In this document: piece by piece, positions 1 to 8,128 of the stretch
Numbering within the stretch: the stretch's first letter is position 1
Layout: every line of letters begins with the position of its first letter
From: Candidatus Omnitrophota bacterium
GTDB lineage: Bacteria; Omnitrophota; Gorgyraeia; Zapsychrales; Fredricksoniimonadaceae
Direction of reading: 5' to 3'
Length of the DNA stretch: 32,987 bases
NCBI GenBank assembly: GCA_037141995.1
Contig: JBAXBM010000001.1
Location: forward strand, 1 to 32,987
The notes under the pieces: generated by a model
Told to the model about the DNA's origin: nothing
What the model saw: the letters and a program-made list of their open reading frames with translations, nothing else
Databases searched by the model: none
Program-made: the position numbers and the translations under genes

Positions 1-1
1 T

Positions 2-1552
2 GTGGATTCACTTTTTAACCGTATTGCGGCAGGATATAAGACAGTACTTTCTTTTGCCTTGAAACATGCGGTGCTGGTGATCATTGTTTCATTGGTGATT
101 TTCGCGGTATCTTTGGGAATATTAACTCTTTTGCGTAAAGAGTTCGTACCGCCGCAGGATCAAAGCATGTTCATGTGCTCCCTGCAGACGCCGCCCGGAT
201 CATCCCTGCAGTTTACAGATGAACGGGTGCGTGAGGTTGAAGCCTTTGTGAAGTCCCGGCCGGAAACACTGCGGTTTTTTGTGGCTGTCGGCGGATTCTC
301 CGGCGGAGATGTGACCGGTGCCAATATGTTCGTGACGCTGAAACCGCCCAAAGACCGGCCGTTAGTTAAGGGGCGCCGGTTATCCCAGAAGGACTTGATG
401 GATATTTTCCGCAAGGAGTTGAACAAGATTAAAGGTATTAAAACCAGGATCCAGGATCTTTCGCTAAGCGGCTTTTCTTCGCAGCGGGGGTTTCCGATTG
501 AGTTCAGTATCCGCGGGCCGGAGTGGGACAAGCTTGTCGAATATGAGGCCATACTTGAATCGAAGATGGAAAAAAGCGGCATGATGGTTGATGTTGACAG
601 TGATTATAAGCCGGGCGCTTCCGAAATTCAGGTTATCCCTGACCGCCTTAAAGCCCAGGCGCGGGGCGTGAGCATGGATGCTATCGGCGAAGCGGTGAAT
701 GTGATGATCGGGGGTTCAGCGGTGGCCAAATATTCGAGCGGTGCCAGCCGTTATGATGTGCGGGTGAGGCTTGATGCCGGACAGCGGGTCAAACCGGAGG
801 ATATTGATAATATTTTCGTAGCCAATAATCGAGGGGAACGTGTGCCCTTGAAGGAAGTCATCACGATTACCCAAAAAGCCACGGCGCAGAGCATCACGCG
901 GCGGGGGCGTGAGCGTGCTATTTCGATGTTTGCCAATGTGGCCCCCGGCAAGGCCCAGGCAGATGCCATCAATGCCGCCGAGAAGATAACCCGGGAAACC
1001 TTACCTGAGCCGTATCGCGCGGTGCTGGGCGGGAGCGCGCAGACATTCAAGGATTCATCTTCAGGGATAGGGATTGTTTTTCTGCTGGGTATTATTGTGG
1101 CCTATATGGTTCTCGGATCGCAATACAACAGTTTCCTGCATCCTTTCATTGTTTTACTGGCATTGCCTTTCAGTATTTCGGGAGCATTCATGGGGCTGCT
1201 CATCGGGGGCCAGTCGCTCAATCTTTACAGCATGATCGGCCTGATCCTGTTGATGGGGATCGTGAAAAAGAATTCCATCATGCTTGTGGATTTTACCAAT
1301 CAGGTGAGGGCTGAAGGCAAGGGGGTGCATGAGGCGCTTGAAACGGCATGCCCTATCCGTCTGCGCCCGATCCTGATGACGTCCCTGGCTACTATCGCGG
1401 CGGCGATCCCTCCGGCACTGGCTATCGGACCGGGGGCTGAGGTCCGGATCCCGATGTCGGTCACGGTTATCGGCGGTGTTATTGTTTCAACATTTTTTAC
1501 CTTGTTTGTTGTGCCGTGTGTTTACCGTTTGACAGTGAGGGATGCCAGATAA
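2..1552 (+). CDS. RND efflux transporter permease (AcrB/HAE1-like), C-terminal part; 5' end lies outside the window
   Basis: The ORF is open at the window edge. It has a large periplasmic-loop-like region followed by a C-terminal bundle of hydrophobic helices (…LGIIVAYMVLGSQYNSFLHPFIVLLALPFS…GIVKKNSIMLVDF…), typical of RND permeases. The stop TAA overlaps the trmD ATG (TAATG). Confidence 0.85.
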   Translation: MDSLFNRIAAGYKTVLSFALKHAVLVIIVSLVIFAVSLGILTLLRKEFVPPQDQSMFMCSLQTPPGSSLQFTDERVREVEAFVKSRPETLRFFVAVGGFSGGDVTGANMFVTLKPPKDRPLVKGRRLSQKDLMDIFRKELNKIKGIKTRIQDLSLSGFSSQRGFPIEFSIRGPEWDKLVEYEAILESKMEKSGMMVDVDSDYKPGASEIQVIPDRLKAQARGVSMDAIGEAVNVMIGGSAVAKYSSGASRYDVRVRLDAGQRVKPEDIDNIFVANNRGERVPLKEVITITQKATAQSITRRGRERAISMFANVAPGKAQADAINAAEKITRETLPEPYRAVLGGSAQTFKDSSSGIGIVFLLGIIVAYMVLGSQYNSFLHPFIVLLALPFSISGAFMGLLIGGQSLNLYSMIGLILLMGIVKKNSIMLVDFTNQVRAEGKGVHEALETACPIRLRPILMTSLATIAAAIPPALAIGPGAEVRIPMSVTVIGGVIVSTFFTLFVVPCVYRLTVRDAR

Positions 1553-2229
1553 TGATGCGTTTTGATATTATTACTATTTTCCCCGGGATGTTTACGGGGG
1601 TGCTGGGTGAATCGATGATGAAGCGTGCCCAGGAAGGCCGAAAGGTTATTTTCAATGTCCACGACCTGAGGGATTATACGCGTGATCCTCACCGTAAAGT
1701 TGATGACCGCCCTTTCGGCGGCGGCCCGGGTATGGTGATGACGCCCCAGCCGCTTGTTGATGCTGTCAAGAAAATCAAAGGCCGCCGCAAGGCCAGGGTC
1801 ATTGACATGTCACCGGCCGGTAATGTATTCACGCAGAAGAAGGCCAGGGAGTTGGCTGGAGAAAAAAATATTATTTTAATTTGCGGGCATTATGAAGGGA
1901 TGGATGAGCGGGTGCGTGAAATGGTGGTAGACGAGAGCCTTTCTATCGGAGATTATGTGCTTACGGGCGGCGAGATACCGGCGATGGCCGTCGTGGATGC
2001 CGTGACCCGGTTAATCCCCGGTGTGCTTGGGAAAGAAGCCTCATTAACAGATGAATCTTTCGAAAATAATCTCCTCGAATATCCGCAGTACACACGTCCT
2101 GCAAATTTTTGTGGTAAAAAGGTGCCCGCTGTGTTATTATCCGGCAATCATCGGGCCGTAAAAGAGTGGCGGATGGCCCTGGCGCTGGAGCGCACAAGGA
2201 AATATCGCCCTGATTTAATCAAGGTGTAA
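1552..2229 (+). CDS. trmD: tRNA (guanine37-N1)-methyltransferase
   Basis: The N-terminus MMRFDIITIFPGMF and the …GGGPGMVM…, GHYEG-DERV and GDYVLTGGE motifs are characteristic of TrmD. I start it at ATG 1552 rather than the upstream track start at 1516. It sits in the classic position before rplS. Confidence 0.93.
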   Translation: MMRFDIITIFPGMFTGVLGESMMKRAQEGRKVIFNVHDLRDYTRDPHRKVDDRPFGGGPGMVMTPQPLVDAVKKIKGRRKARVIDMSPAGNVFTQKKARELAGEKNIILICGHYEGMDERVREMVVDESLSIGDYVLTGGEIPAMAVVDAVTRLIPGVLGKEASLTDESFENNLLEYPQYTRPANFCGKKVPAVLLSGNHRAVKEWRMALALERTRKYRPDLIKV

Positions 2230-2244
2230 AGGGAGTCAGACAAC

Positions 2245-2640
2245 ATGGCAGGTCGTTTAGCAAAACTCAAACTGGTCGAAGAAAAACAAACGCGTAACGA
2301 TATTCCGGCGTTCAATATCGGTGACACCATCAAGATGAAGATTAAGGTGCTTGAAGCGGATAAGATCCGCCTTCACTCATGGGAAGGGATTGTTATTTCC
2401 AGGGGCGGCATCGGCAACAAGGCGACATTCACGGTCCGTAAAAGTTCTTTTGGCGAGGGGGTTGAGAAAGTATTTCCCCTGCATTCACCTGTTATCGCGA
2501 GCCTTAAGGTTATCAGCCGCGGCAATGTGCATCGTGCCAAGCTGCTTTATCTTCGCGGTAAAACCGGCAAGGGAGCGCGTGTTGAGACTGAAGCGGTGCA
2601 TGAGTCAGCTCAGACCACCGAGGTGGCGGCGGCGCAATAA
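2245..2640 (+). CDS. rplS: 50S ribosomal protein L19, with a short C-terminal extension
   Basis: IPAFNIGDTIKMKIKV…EGIVISRGG…TFTVRK…GVEKVFPLHSP…VHRAKLLYLR matches the L19 pattern. trmD-rplS synteny supports the call. Confidence 0.95.
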   Translation: MAGRLAKLKLVEEKQTRNDIPAFNIGDTIKMKIKVLEADKIRLHSWEGIVISRGGIGNKATFTVRKSSFGEGVEKVFPLHSPVIASLKVISRGNVHRAKLLYLRGKTGKGARVETEAVHESAQTTEVAAAQ

Positions 2641-3270
2641 GTGCGGCAGAAGTTTTTTGATCACAGGACATTTGTTCAGTTTGATGAAGCGAAAGCCGTT
2701 GGCTTTCGCTTTCTTTTTGGGGTGGATGAAGCCGGCCGCGGTCCGCTTGCCGGGCCGGTTGTGGCTTCGGCTGTTTGGGTAAAGGACACAGGATTTACCA
2801 CGCGCATCGCTGATTCTAAACTTCTCAATGAATCCCAGCGAGAACAGGCATTCACCGAGATTCAAGATCGCGCGCTTGTCGGCGTTGGGATTATTGATGA
2901 AACGGTCATTGATGCGATCAATATCCTGCGCGCTACCCATCAGGCCATGGCACTGGCAGTACACGACCTTTCTGCCCGCATGTTTTTTCCTGCCAAGGAT
3001 GTGAAAGTTATTATCGATGGCAATTCTTATCGCGGGGCTATCCCTTTCACGCATGAATGCGTGGTGAAAGGAGATGCGCAAAGCATGGCCATTGCCTGCG
3101 CCAGCATTGTGGCCAAGGTGACCCGTGACCGCATCATGGATGATTATGACCGGATGTATCCTGTTTACGGGTTTAAGGCGCATAAAGGGTATCCCACGCG
3201 GGCACATCGGGATGCTGTCAAGGCATTCGGATTTTCTCCCATTCACCGAAAAACGTTCAGGATCCGATGA
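2641..3270 (+). CDS. rnhB: Ribonuclease HII
   Basis: The GVDEAGRGPLAGPVV active-site motif and the downstream IDGN… and KGYPT… motifs are present. A GTG start follows directly after the rplS stop. Confidence 0.9.
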   Translation: MRQKFFDHRTFVQFDEAKAVGFRFLFGVDEAGRGPLAGPVVASAVWVKDTGFTTRIADSKLLNESQREQAFTEIQDRALVGVGIIDETVIDAINILRATHQAMALAVHDLSARMFFPAKDVKVIIDGNSYRGAIPFTHECVVKGDAQSMAIACASIVAKVTRDRIMDDYDRMYPVYGFKAHKGYPTRAHRDAVKAFGFSPIHRKTFRIR

Positions 3271-3626
3271 GATCTCATCGCCTGGGTAAAGATGGGGAAG
3301 CGTTCGCCGCTGAATTCCTGGCCCGGGAAGGCTATCGGATACTCGCCACGAATTACCGCGCCCCCATGGGTGAGATTGATATTGTGGCCAAAGACGGTGA
3401 TACAGTTGTTTTTATTGAAGTGAAGACCCGTCAGGACGAAGGCTGGGATGCCTTTGAAGCCGTCGACCGCCGCAAGCAACGCACCATGATCCTCGTCGCC
3501 CGCACCTTTCTCATTCAATTCTTTGGCACCGAAGACATATCCGCCCGCTTCGACGTCATGGCCGTCCGCCCGTGTGACGGAGGTACGTTTGAAGGGGAAC
3601 TCCTGAAAGATGCGTTTGGGGTGTAG
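3267..3626 (+). CDS. yraN: YraN-family (UPF0102) predicted endonuclease
   Basis: GE-A-FL…GY-IL--NYR…GEIDIVA-DG--VVFIEVKTR is the family signature. The start overlaps the rnhB stop in ATGA. rnhB-yraN synteny is common. Confidence 0.88.
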   Translation: MRSHRLGKDGEAFAAEFLAREGYRILATNYRAPMGEIDIVAKDGDTVVFIEVKTRQDEGWDAFEAVDRRKQRTMILVARTFLIQFFGTEDISARFDVMAVRPCDGGTFEGELLKDAFGV

Positions 3627-3783
3627 GGTGGCGCTGCAATGTGTTTCCGTTTTGTTAAAAAGTGAAAAGTGTGTTGGGAAAGTGGCTTTATTAGCAGATT
3701 TATTTCCTGGTTATAAAACTGAGAAGCTTGCTTTATAGGGGACTAAAATTTCGTAAGGTAAAATGAATTCTGAACAGATTAAT

Positions 3784-3813
3784 AAGAAAGGGAGCCTTAC
3801 GGCTCCCTTTCTT
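3784..3813. terminator. Bidirectional intrinsic terminator between convergent yraN (+) and the OmpA/LysM gene (-)
   Basis: A perfect 13-bp stem, aagaaagggagcc (3784-3796) / ggctccctttctt (3801-3813), closes on a ttac loop. Flanks are T-rich on the + strand (ctttcttTGTATTTT) and A/T-rich on the - strand. Confidence 0.8.
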
Positions 3814-3832
3814 TGTATTTTGAATTATTGCC

Positions 3833-4858
3833 TTATTCAATCGGGATAATAATGACGGTACCTTTTTTCAACTTGTTGGCGTTCTTAATGCGGTCTTTGT
3901 TTAATTCATAAAGGTATTTCCAGCGGTTGCCATTGCCCATTTCCTGCTGGGCAATTTTCCAGAGGGAATCATTAGCCTGGATGGTATATTCACGTGTTGA
4001 AACTTTTTGGGCTGATTCCAGATTTTCATTTTTTTCAATAACGAACTTGTTTTTATCCATATTTTCTACGACCGCGTCTGAGGGGATTTGATCGGCCGGG
4101 ACATTGAATTCCTCGATTTCGGCAATCATGAATTGCGCGTTTCTGTCTTTTTGCATGCCCGCGAGGTCTTTGACCGGAGCAACAGCATCCAGTTTTCCGC
4201 GGGAAACGATCTTGATGCGCTCTTCATTAATACCATTCCTGAGCATGTATCCTTTGACAACATCACTGCGTTTTTTGCCGAGCTTAAGGTTGTATTCATC
4301 TGAGCCGCGGGCGTCACAATTACCGGTAATAAGGATTGATGCATCCGGGTTTTTTTCGAGCGTCTTGACAGCTTTATTAAGAATTGGGATATGATCATCG
4401 CGCAGATCGGCTTTGTTATAGTCAAAATATATTTTAACATTCCTGATGATTTTTTTGATCAGGAGTGATGCTTTCGGCTCTTCTTTAGGCGCTGGTGCCT
4501 GGGGTACGGGGACGGGTTTGACTTCTTCATTATTTTGCCCGTCATCAGCTTTATAGTCATAAATGACTTTCAGCACATAAACATACCCACGATTTCCCCA
4601 ATCTTTCTTGACAGAGCCTGCCTGTTTCGGCCACCACCAGTATCCGCCGCGTGTATCTTTGACAGGGGCCGGCAGGGCATCGGTCGGCCACCAGCTGAAA
4701 CGTTGCTGAAGCACTTTAATGTCCGCGTCACGCCGGGCTTCACGCGCCGCTTTATCAATGAACTGTGCCTGTGCGGTAACGGGCATGATCAGGATAGTTG
4801 CCAAAGCAGTGAAAGAAGTTAGCAATACACGGTGAAATAAAACAGTTCTTTTATTCAT
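3833..4858 (-). CDS. OmpA-family peptidoglycan-binding protein with a C-terminal LysM domain and a signal peptide
   Basis: N-terminal signal sequence (…LATILIMPVTAQA). OmpA_C-like core (IYFDYNKADLR…ITGNCDARGSDEYNLKLGKKR…). LysM-like tail (YTIQANDSLWKIAQ…KLKKGTVIIIP). Confidence 0.82.
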   Translation of the reverse strand: MNKRTVLFHRVLLTSFTALATILIMPVTAQAQFIDKAAREARRDADIKVLQQRFSWWPTDALPAPVKDTRGGYWWWPKQAGSVKKDWGNRGYVYVLKVIYDYKADDGQNNEEVKPVPVPQAPAPKEEPKASLLIKKIIRNVKIYFDYNKADLRDDHIPILNKAVKTLEKNPDASILITGNCDARGSDEYNLKLGKKRSDVVKGYMLRNGINEERIKIVSRGKLDAVAPVKDLAGMQKDRNAQFMIAEIEEFNVPADQIPSDAVVENMDKNKFVIEKNENLESAQKVSTREYTIQANDSLWKIAQQEMGNGNRWKYLYELNKDRIKNANKLKKGTVIIIPIE

Positions 4859-4959
4859 ACAAGCCCCTTTGATGGTATGGATGTGAAATATCGATTTTAT
4901 AATAACACATTTTTAAAAAAGCAAAATAAAAGTTTAAGGTTTTGTGGTATAAAGGGTAT

Positions 4960-5496
4960 ATGGAATTTCAAGAAAATTGGGAAAATGCCCTAAAGCATAC
5001 ACAGATCATACGTCGGCGGGTTTCATCATTACATACATTTGATGATACACATGTGCCGTACATTTTTTTGTCTCCATCTCTTATAAATGATGGAGATACG
5101 GTCATTCGTAAGGGGGAGGTTTTAGTTCAAAAGCCGGCCCTGATTCTTCCTCCTAATATGCCGCGGTTTGATGGTTTTGATTTTGAACAGACACCCGGCG
5201 CAGACTCCGGGGCTGTTGTGAATTTTCTGATGATGCGCGGGATATCGTTCCCTTCCTTGAAGTACAATAACACAACGCATTCGCTGGATGTCTTTGAAGG
5301 CAGTATGGATCGCGCGGTATCATTCCTTGCCAACCAGCTGGAACGCACGGAAGATGTTGCTTCCGGACTGATCACAGGGCATGAAGAAACATGGCCTTTT
5401 TCGATTCTGATTTTCATTTGCGCCCAGGTTGCCCGCAATACTGACTTTGACATCAAACGGCTCATGGACGATTACCGCCGGAATCATCCGGATTGA
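4960..5496 (+). CDS. Hypothetical protein of about 178 aa; I recognise no family
   Basis: A clean ORF on the same strand as the M16 peptidase gene, ending just upstream of it. The start is uncertain: ATG 4960 or TTG 4942. I saw no TM segment or known motif. Confidence 0.5.
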   Translation: MEFQENWENALKHTQIIRRRVSSLHTFDDTHVPYIFLSPSLINDGDTVIRKGEVLVQKPALILPPNMPRFDGFDFEQTPGADSGAVVNFLMMRGISFPSLKYNNTTHSLDVFEGSMDRAVSFLANQLERTEDVASGLITGHEETWPFSILIFICAQVARNTDFDIKRLMDDYRRNHPD

Positions 5497-5516
5497 TCTT
5501 ATTCAGCAGGAGAAAT

Positions 5517-8096
5517 ATGCAACGATTTTCTTGGGTTTTGGCCCTTTGTTTGGCGATCTTTATTGTTTCCCCGGCGTCGGCAGTTGTTAATAAAATCACA
5601 TTGGATAACGGATTAACGGTGCTTGTCACAGAAATGCCCTCGTCTCCTTTGGCGACTATTTACGTATGGGTTAAAACAGGGGCCGCGAATGAGGGGAAAT
5701 TTTCAGGGAGCGGCATTACGCATTTTGTCGAACATATGGTTTTTAAGGGGACTCCCCGGCGAGCTCCTGGTGTTATTCCTGAAGAAGCGCGGGCGATGGG
5801 CGGGTATATCAATGCTTCAACAGGATATGATCATACCGCTTATATTCTTAATGTCCCTTGCGAGAAATTACCCGGTGCGGTTGACCTGCTGGCGGACATG
5901 GTAATGAATCCCTCTTTTGATCCTGTTGAGCTAGAGCGAGAGCGGCAGGTTATTGTTAAAGAAATGCGGATGATCAGTGATAAACCTGAGCGAAAACTGA
6001 ATGACCTTGTTAATGCGGCTGTTTATCATGTGCATCCGTATCAATTCCCCATTATCGGCAATGAAAATATCTTTATCGCGTTAAAGCGAGATGATCTTGT
6101 GGCGTATCACCGGATGCTTTATGTCCCGAATAATATGATCGTGGCTGTGGCCGGGGGGATCCGGACAGAAGCGGTTGTTGATCTTGTGAAAAAATATTTT
6201 TCCGCTTATCCGGCGCAATCGTTTCCTTTAAGAAATCTGCCGCAGGAACCCGAACAGATCTCCCGGCGGGATATGGAAATAACTTATCCCACGGCGTTAA
6301 CGCGTGTTGTCATGGCGTACCAGGGTGTCGGTCTCCTTGACAGGGATCTTTATGCGCTTGATGTGCTGGCCATGATCATGGGGCAAGGGGAAAGTTCACG
6401 TTTTTATCTTGAACTTTATAAAAAGCACCGCTTGGTTGAAGCGGTATCTTCGTCAAATTATACGCCTGAGGACCGCGGTTTCTTTGAGATTTCTTTGATG
6501 ATGAAAGGTCAGGATCCTGCCCGGGGCATGAGGGCCGTAGAGGCAATGATCGCTGAAGTCAAAGAAAAAGGCGTCTCAGCTGATGAACTTGTTAAAGTTA
6601 AACGGCAGGTAGAAGCCGATAATATTTATGAGCGTCAGATATCTGAGGGGATGGCCTGGAAATCAGCTGCTGATTTGGCTTTCACAGGAGATAAGGATTT
6701 TTCCGATCATTATATTCAAGGGATTCGCGCGGTAACCATGGAAGACATTAAACGCGTGGCCGCGAGGTATTTAACATCGTCACATTTAAATGTTGTCATG
6801 CTCAAGCCAGATCAAAAGGTAAATCCGGTGCGTGGGGATGAGGTAAAGCCGGCAGCGAAAATCGAAAAATTTGTCCTTCCCAATGGTTTTGTTTTTCTTA
6901 TTAAAGAAGATCACACACTCCCGCTGGTAGCTGTCAATGTTGCTTTTAACGGCGGGCTGCGCCTTGAAACTCTTGAAAAGAACGGCTTGACGTCCATTTT
7001 GGGTTCTGTATGGGATAAAGGATTGCCGGGGGAATCCGCTGAAAATATTTCCAGGAAGATAGAGTCCCGCGGTGCTTCTCTGGCAAGTTATGCCGGGAGG
7101 AATACCATTGGATTGGGCATGACATTTTTACGTGAAGACATGCCGTTGATGATGGATTATTTTGAAAAATTCATGAAAGTCCCTATTTTCCCTATGGCAG
7201 AGATTGACCGGGCGAAAGAAGAGTTAAGGACAGCGCTCCTGGAGCGTAAGGATAGTGTTTTGCATTTGTCATCCAGGATTCTCATTGAGGAACTGTTTAA
7301 AACACATCCGTTTCGTCTTGATTCCTTGGGTACCCTTGAGAGTTTGAAGCGCATCAAACGCCTTGATTTTGTGGATGTTTTTGATCGTTGTGTCCGATCC
7401 AATAATGGGGTTGTTGCTATTGTGGGAGATATTGACAAAACAGCTGTGCAGCGGGATCTGGCGCGCCGTTTCGGCGGATTGAAACCAGGGAAACCGATCC
7501 TGCCGGTTTTTTCGGAAGAGGCGCCGTCAACGTTACGTCTCAAGGAGCTTTCTTTGCCCAAAGATCAGGCCGCCGTCCTGTTTGGATTCCGCGGCCCCAT
7601 GATTTCATCGGCCGACCGTTATGCCGTGGAAGTCATGGTGAATATCCTCAGTTCTTCTTTGGGGGGGCGTATTTTTAAACGCGTGAGGGAAGGCCTCGGG
7701 AAGGCATATGCGGTCAGCGGCGGTATGACACCGGCGGTGGATACTGGGATGATTTCATTTTTTGCGCTGACTTCCAATGAGGGTATTCCAGTTGTGCGGG
7801 GGGTCATGGAAGAAGAATTTCTCCGTATCAGCCGTGAACCAGTGGCTGTCCAAGAGCTGGACGACGCAAAGATTTACCTTACAAGCGCCATGGCCCGCGC
7901 CATGCAGACGTTGGGTTCTCAGGCATCAGCCTACGCGACAGATGAAGTGCTGGGCCTTGGGTACGCAAATGTCGATGATTATGCGAACCGTATTTCTGCG
8001 GTAACAGTCGCTGATGTCCAGCTGGCGGCAAAAAAATATTTGGATATTGCCAGGGCAAGTTTGATTCTAGCCCATGCTGCAGATAAGAAAAAATAA
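5517..8096 (+). CDS. Secreted M16 (pitrilysin/insulinase) family zinc peptidase, two fused M16 modules
   Basis: Inverted zinc motif HxxEH (HFVEHMVFKG) in the first half. The second half is M16-like and lacks the motif. Signal peptide MQRFSWVLALCLAIFIVSPASA. AGGAG lies upstream of ATG 5517. Confidence 0.88.
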   Translation: MQRFSWVLALCLAIFIVSPASAVVNKITLDNGLTVLVTEMPSSPLATIYVWVKTGAANEGKFSGSGITHFVEHMVFKGTPRRAPGVIPEEARAMGGYINASTGYDHTAYILNVPCEKLPGAVDLLADMVMNPSFDPVELERERQVIVKEMRMISDKPERKLNDLVNAAVYHVHPYQFPIIGNENIFIALKRDDLVAYHRMLYVPNNMIVAVAGGIRTEAVVDLVKKYFSAYPAQSFPLRNLPQEPEQISRRDMEITYPTALTRVVMAYQGVGLLDRDLYALDVLAMIMGQGESSRFYLELYKKHRLVEAVSSSNYTPEDRGFFEISLMMKGQDPARGMRAVEAMIAEVKEKGVSADELVKVKRQVEADNIYERQISEGMAWKSAADLAFTGDKDFSDHYIQGIRAVTMEDIKRVAARYLTSSHLNVVMLKPDQKVNPVRGDEVKPAAKIEKFVLPNGFVFLIKEDHTLPLVAVNVAFNGGLRLETLEKNGLTSILGSVWDKGLPGESAENISRKIESRGASLASYAGRNTIGLGMTFLREDMPLMMDYFEKFMKVPIFPMAEIDRAKEELRTALLERKDSVLHLSSRILIEELFKTHPFRLDSLGTLESLKRIKRLDFVDVFDRCVRSNNGVVAIVGDIDKTAVQRDLARRFGGLKPGKPILPVFSEEAPSTLRLKELSLPKDQAAVLFGFRGPMISSADRYAVEVMVNILSSSLGGRIFKRVREGLGKAYAVSGGMTPAVDTGMISFFALTSNEGIPVVRGVMEEEFLRISREPVAVQELDDAKIYLTSAMARAMQTLGSQASAYATDEVLGLGYANVDDYANRISAVTVADVQLAAKKYLDIARASLILAHAADKKK

Positions 8097-8128
8097 AAAC
8101 AGTTTTCTATTAATATTTCTCTAAAGGA

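Noticed and set aside
1516-1551. Upstream-extended start codons in the ORF track: 1516 for trmD, 5493 for M16, 10636 for the nitroreductase, 12529 for M48, 23167 for fabD and 24342 for the FadL-like gene.
   Set aside because: In each case an internal ATG is preceded by a GGAG-type SD or follows the upstream stop codon directly. That ATG also yields the canonical family N-terminus or a proper signal peptide. The extensions overlap the preceding gene.
2605-3246. 213-aa antisense ORF opposite rnhB. Similar long antisense or out-of-frame ORFs occur at 2351-2782(+), 14927-15343(-), 15972-16439(-), 21149-21805(-) and 22853-23401(-).
   Set aside because: They lie entirely within confidently identified conserved genes (rplS/rnhB, recG, plsX, fabH/fabD). 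They have low-complexity Arg/Ser/Pro-rich composition typical of shadow frames and carry no recognisable motif.
3524-3545. TGGCAC hexamers (for example near 3526, 27880 and 32614) as sigma-54 -24 elements.
   Set aside because: All lie inside coding regions, and none has a TTGC -12 element at the required spacing.
3627-3783. Possible SRP RNA, 6S RNA or other known structured RNA downstream of yraN.
   Set aside because: I could not find the SRP GGAA-tetraloop/AGCA motif context, a 6S-like closing stem with a central bubble, or tRNA-like T-loop sequences. I kept only a low-interest note about an unexplained spacer.
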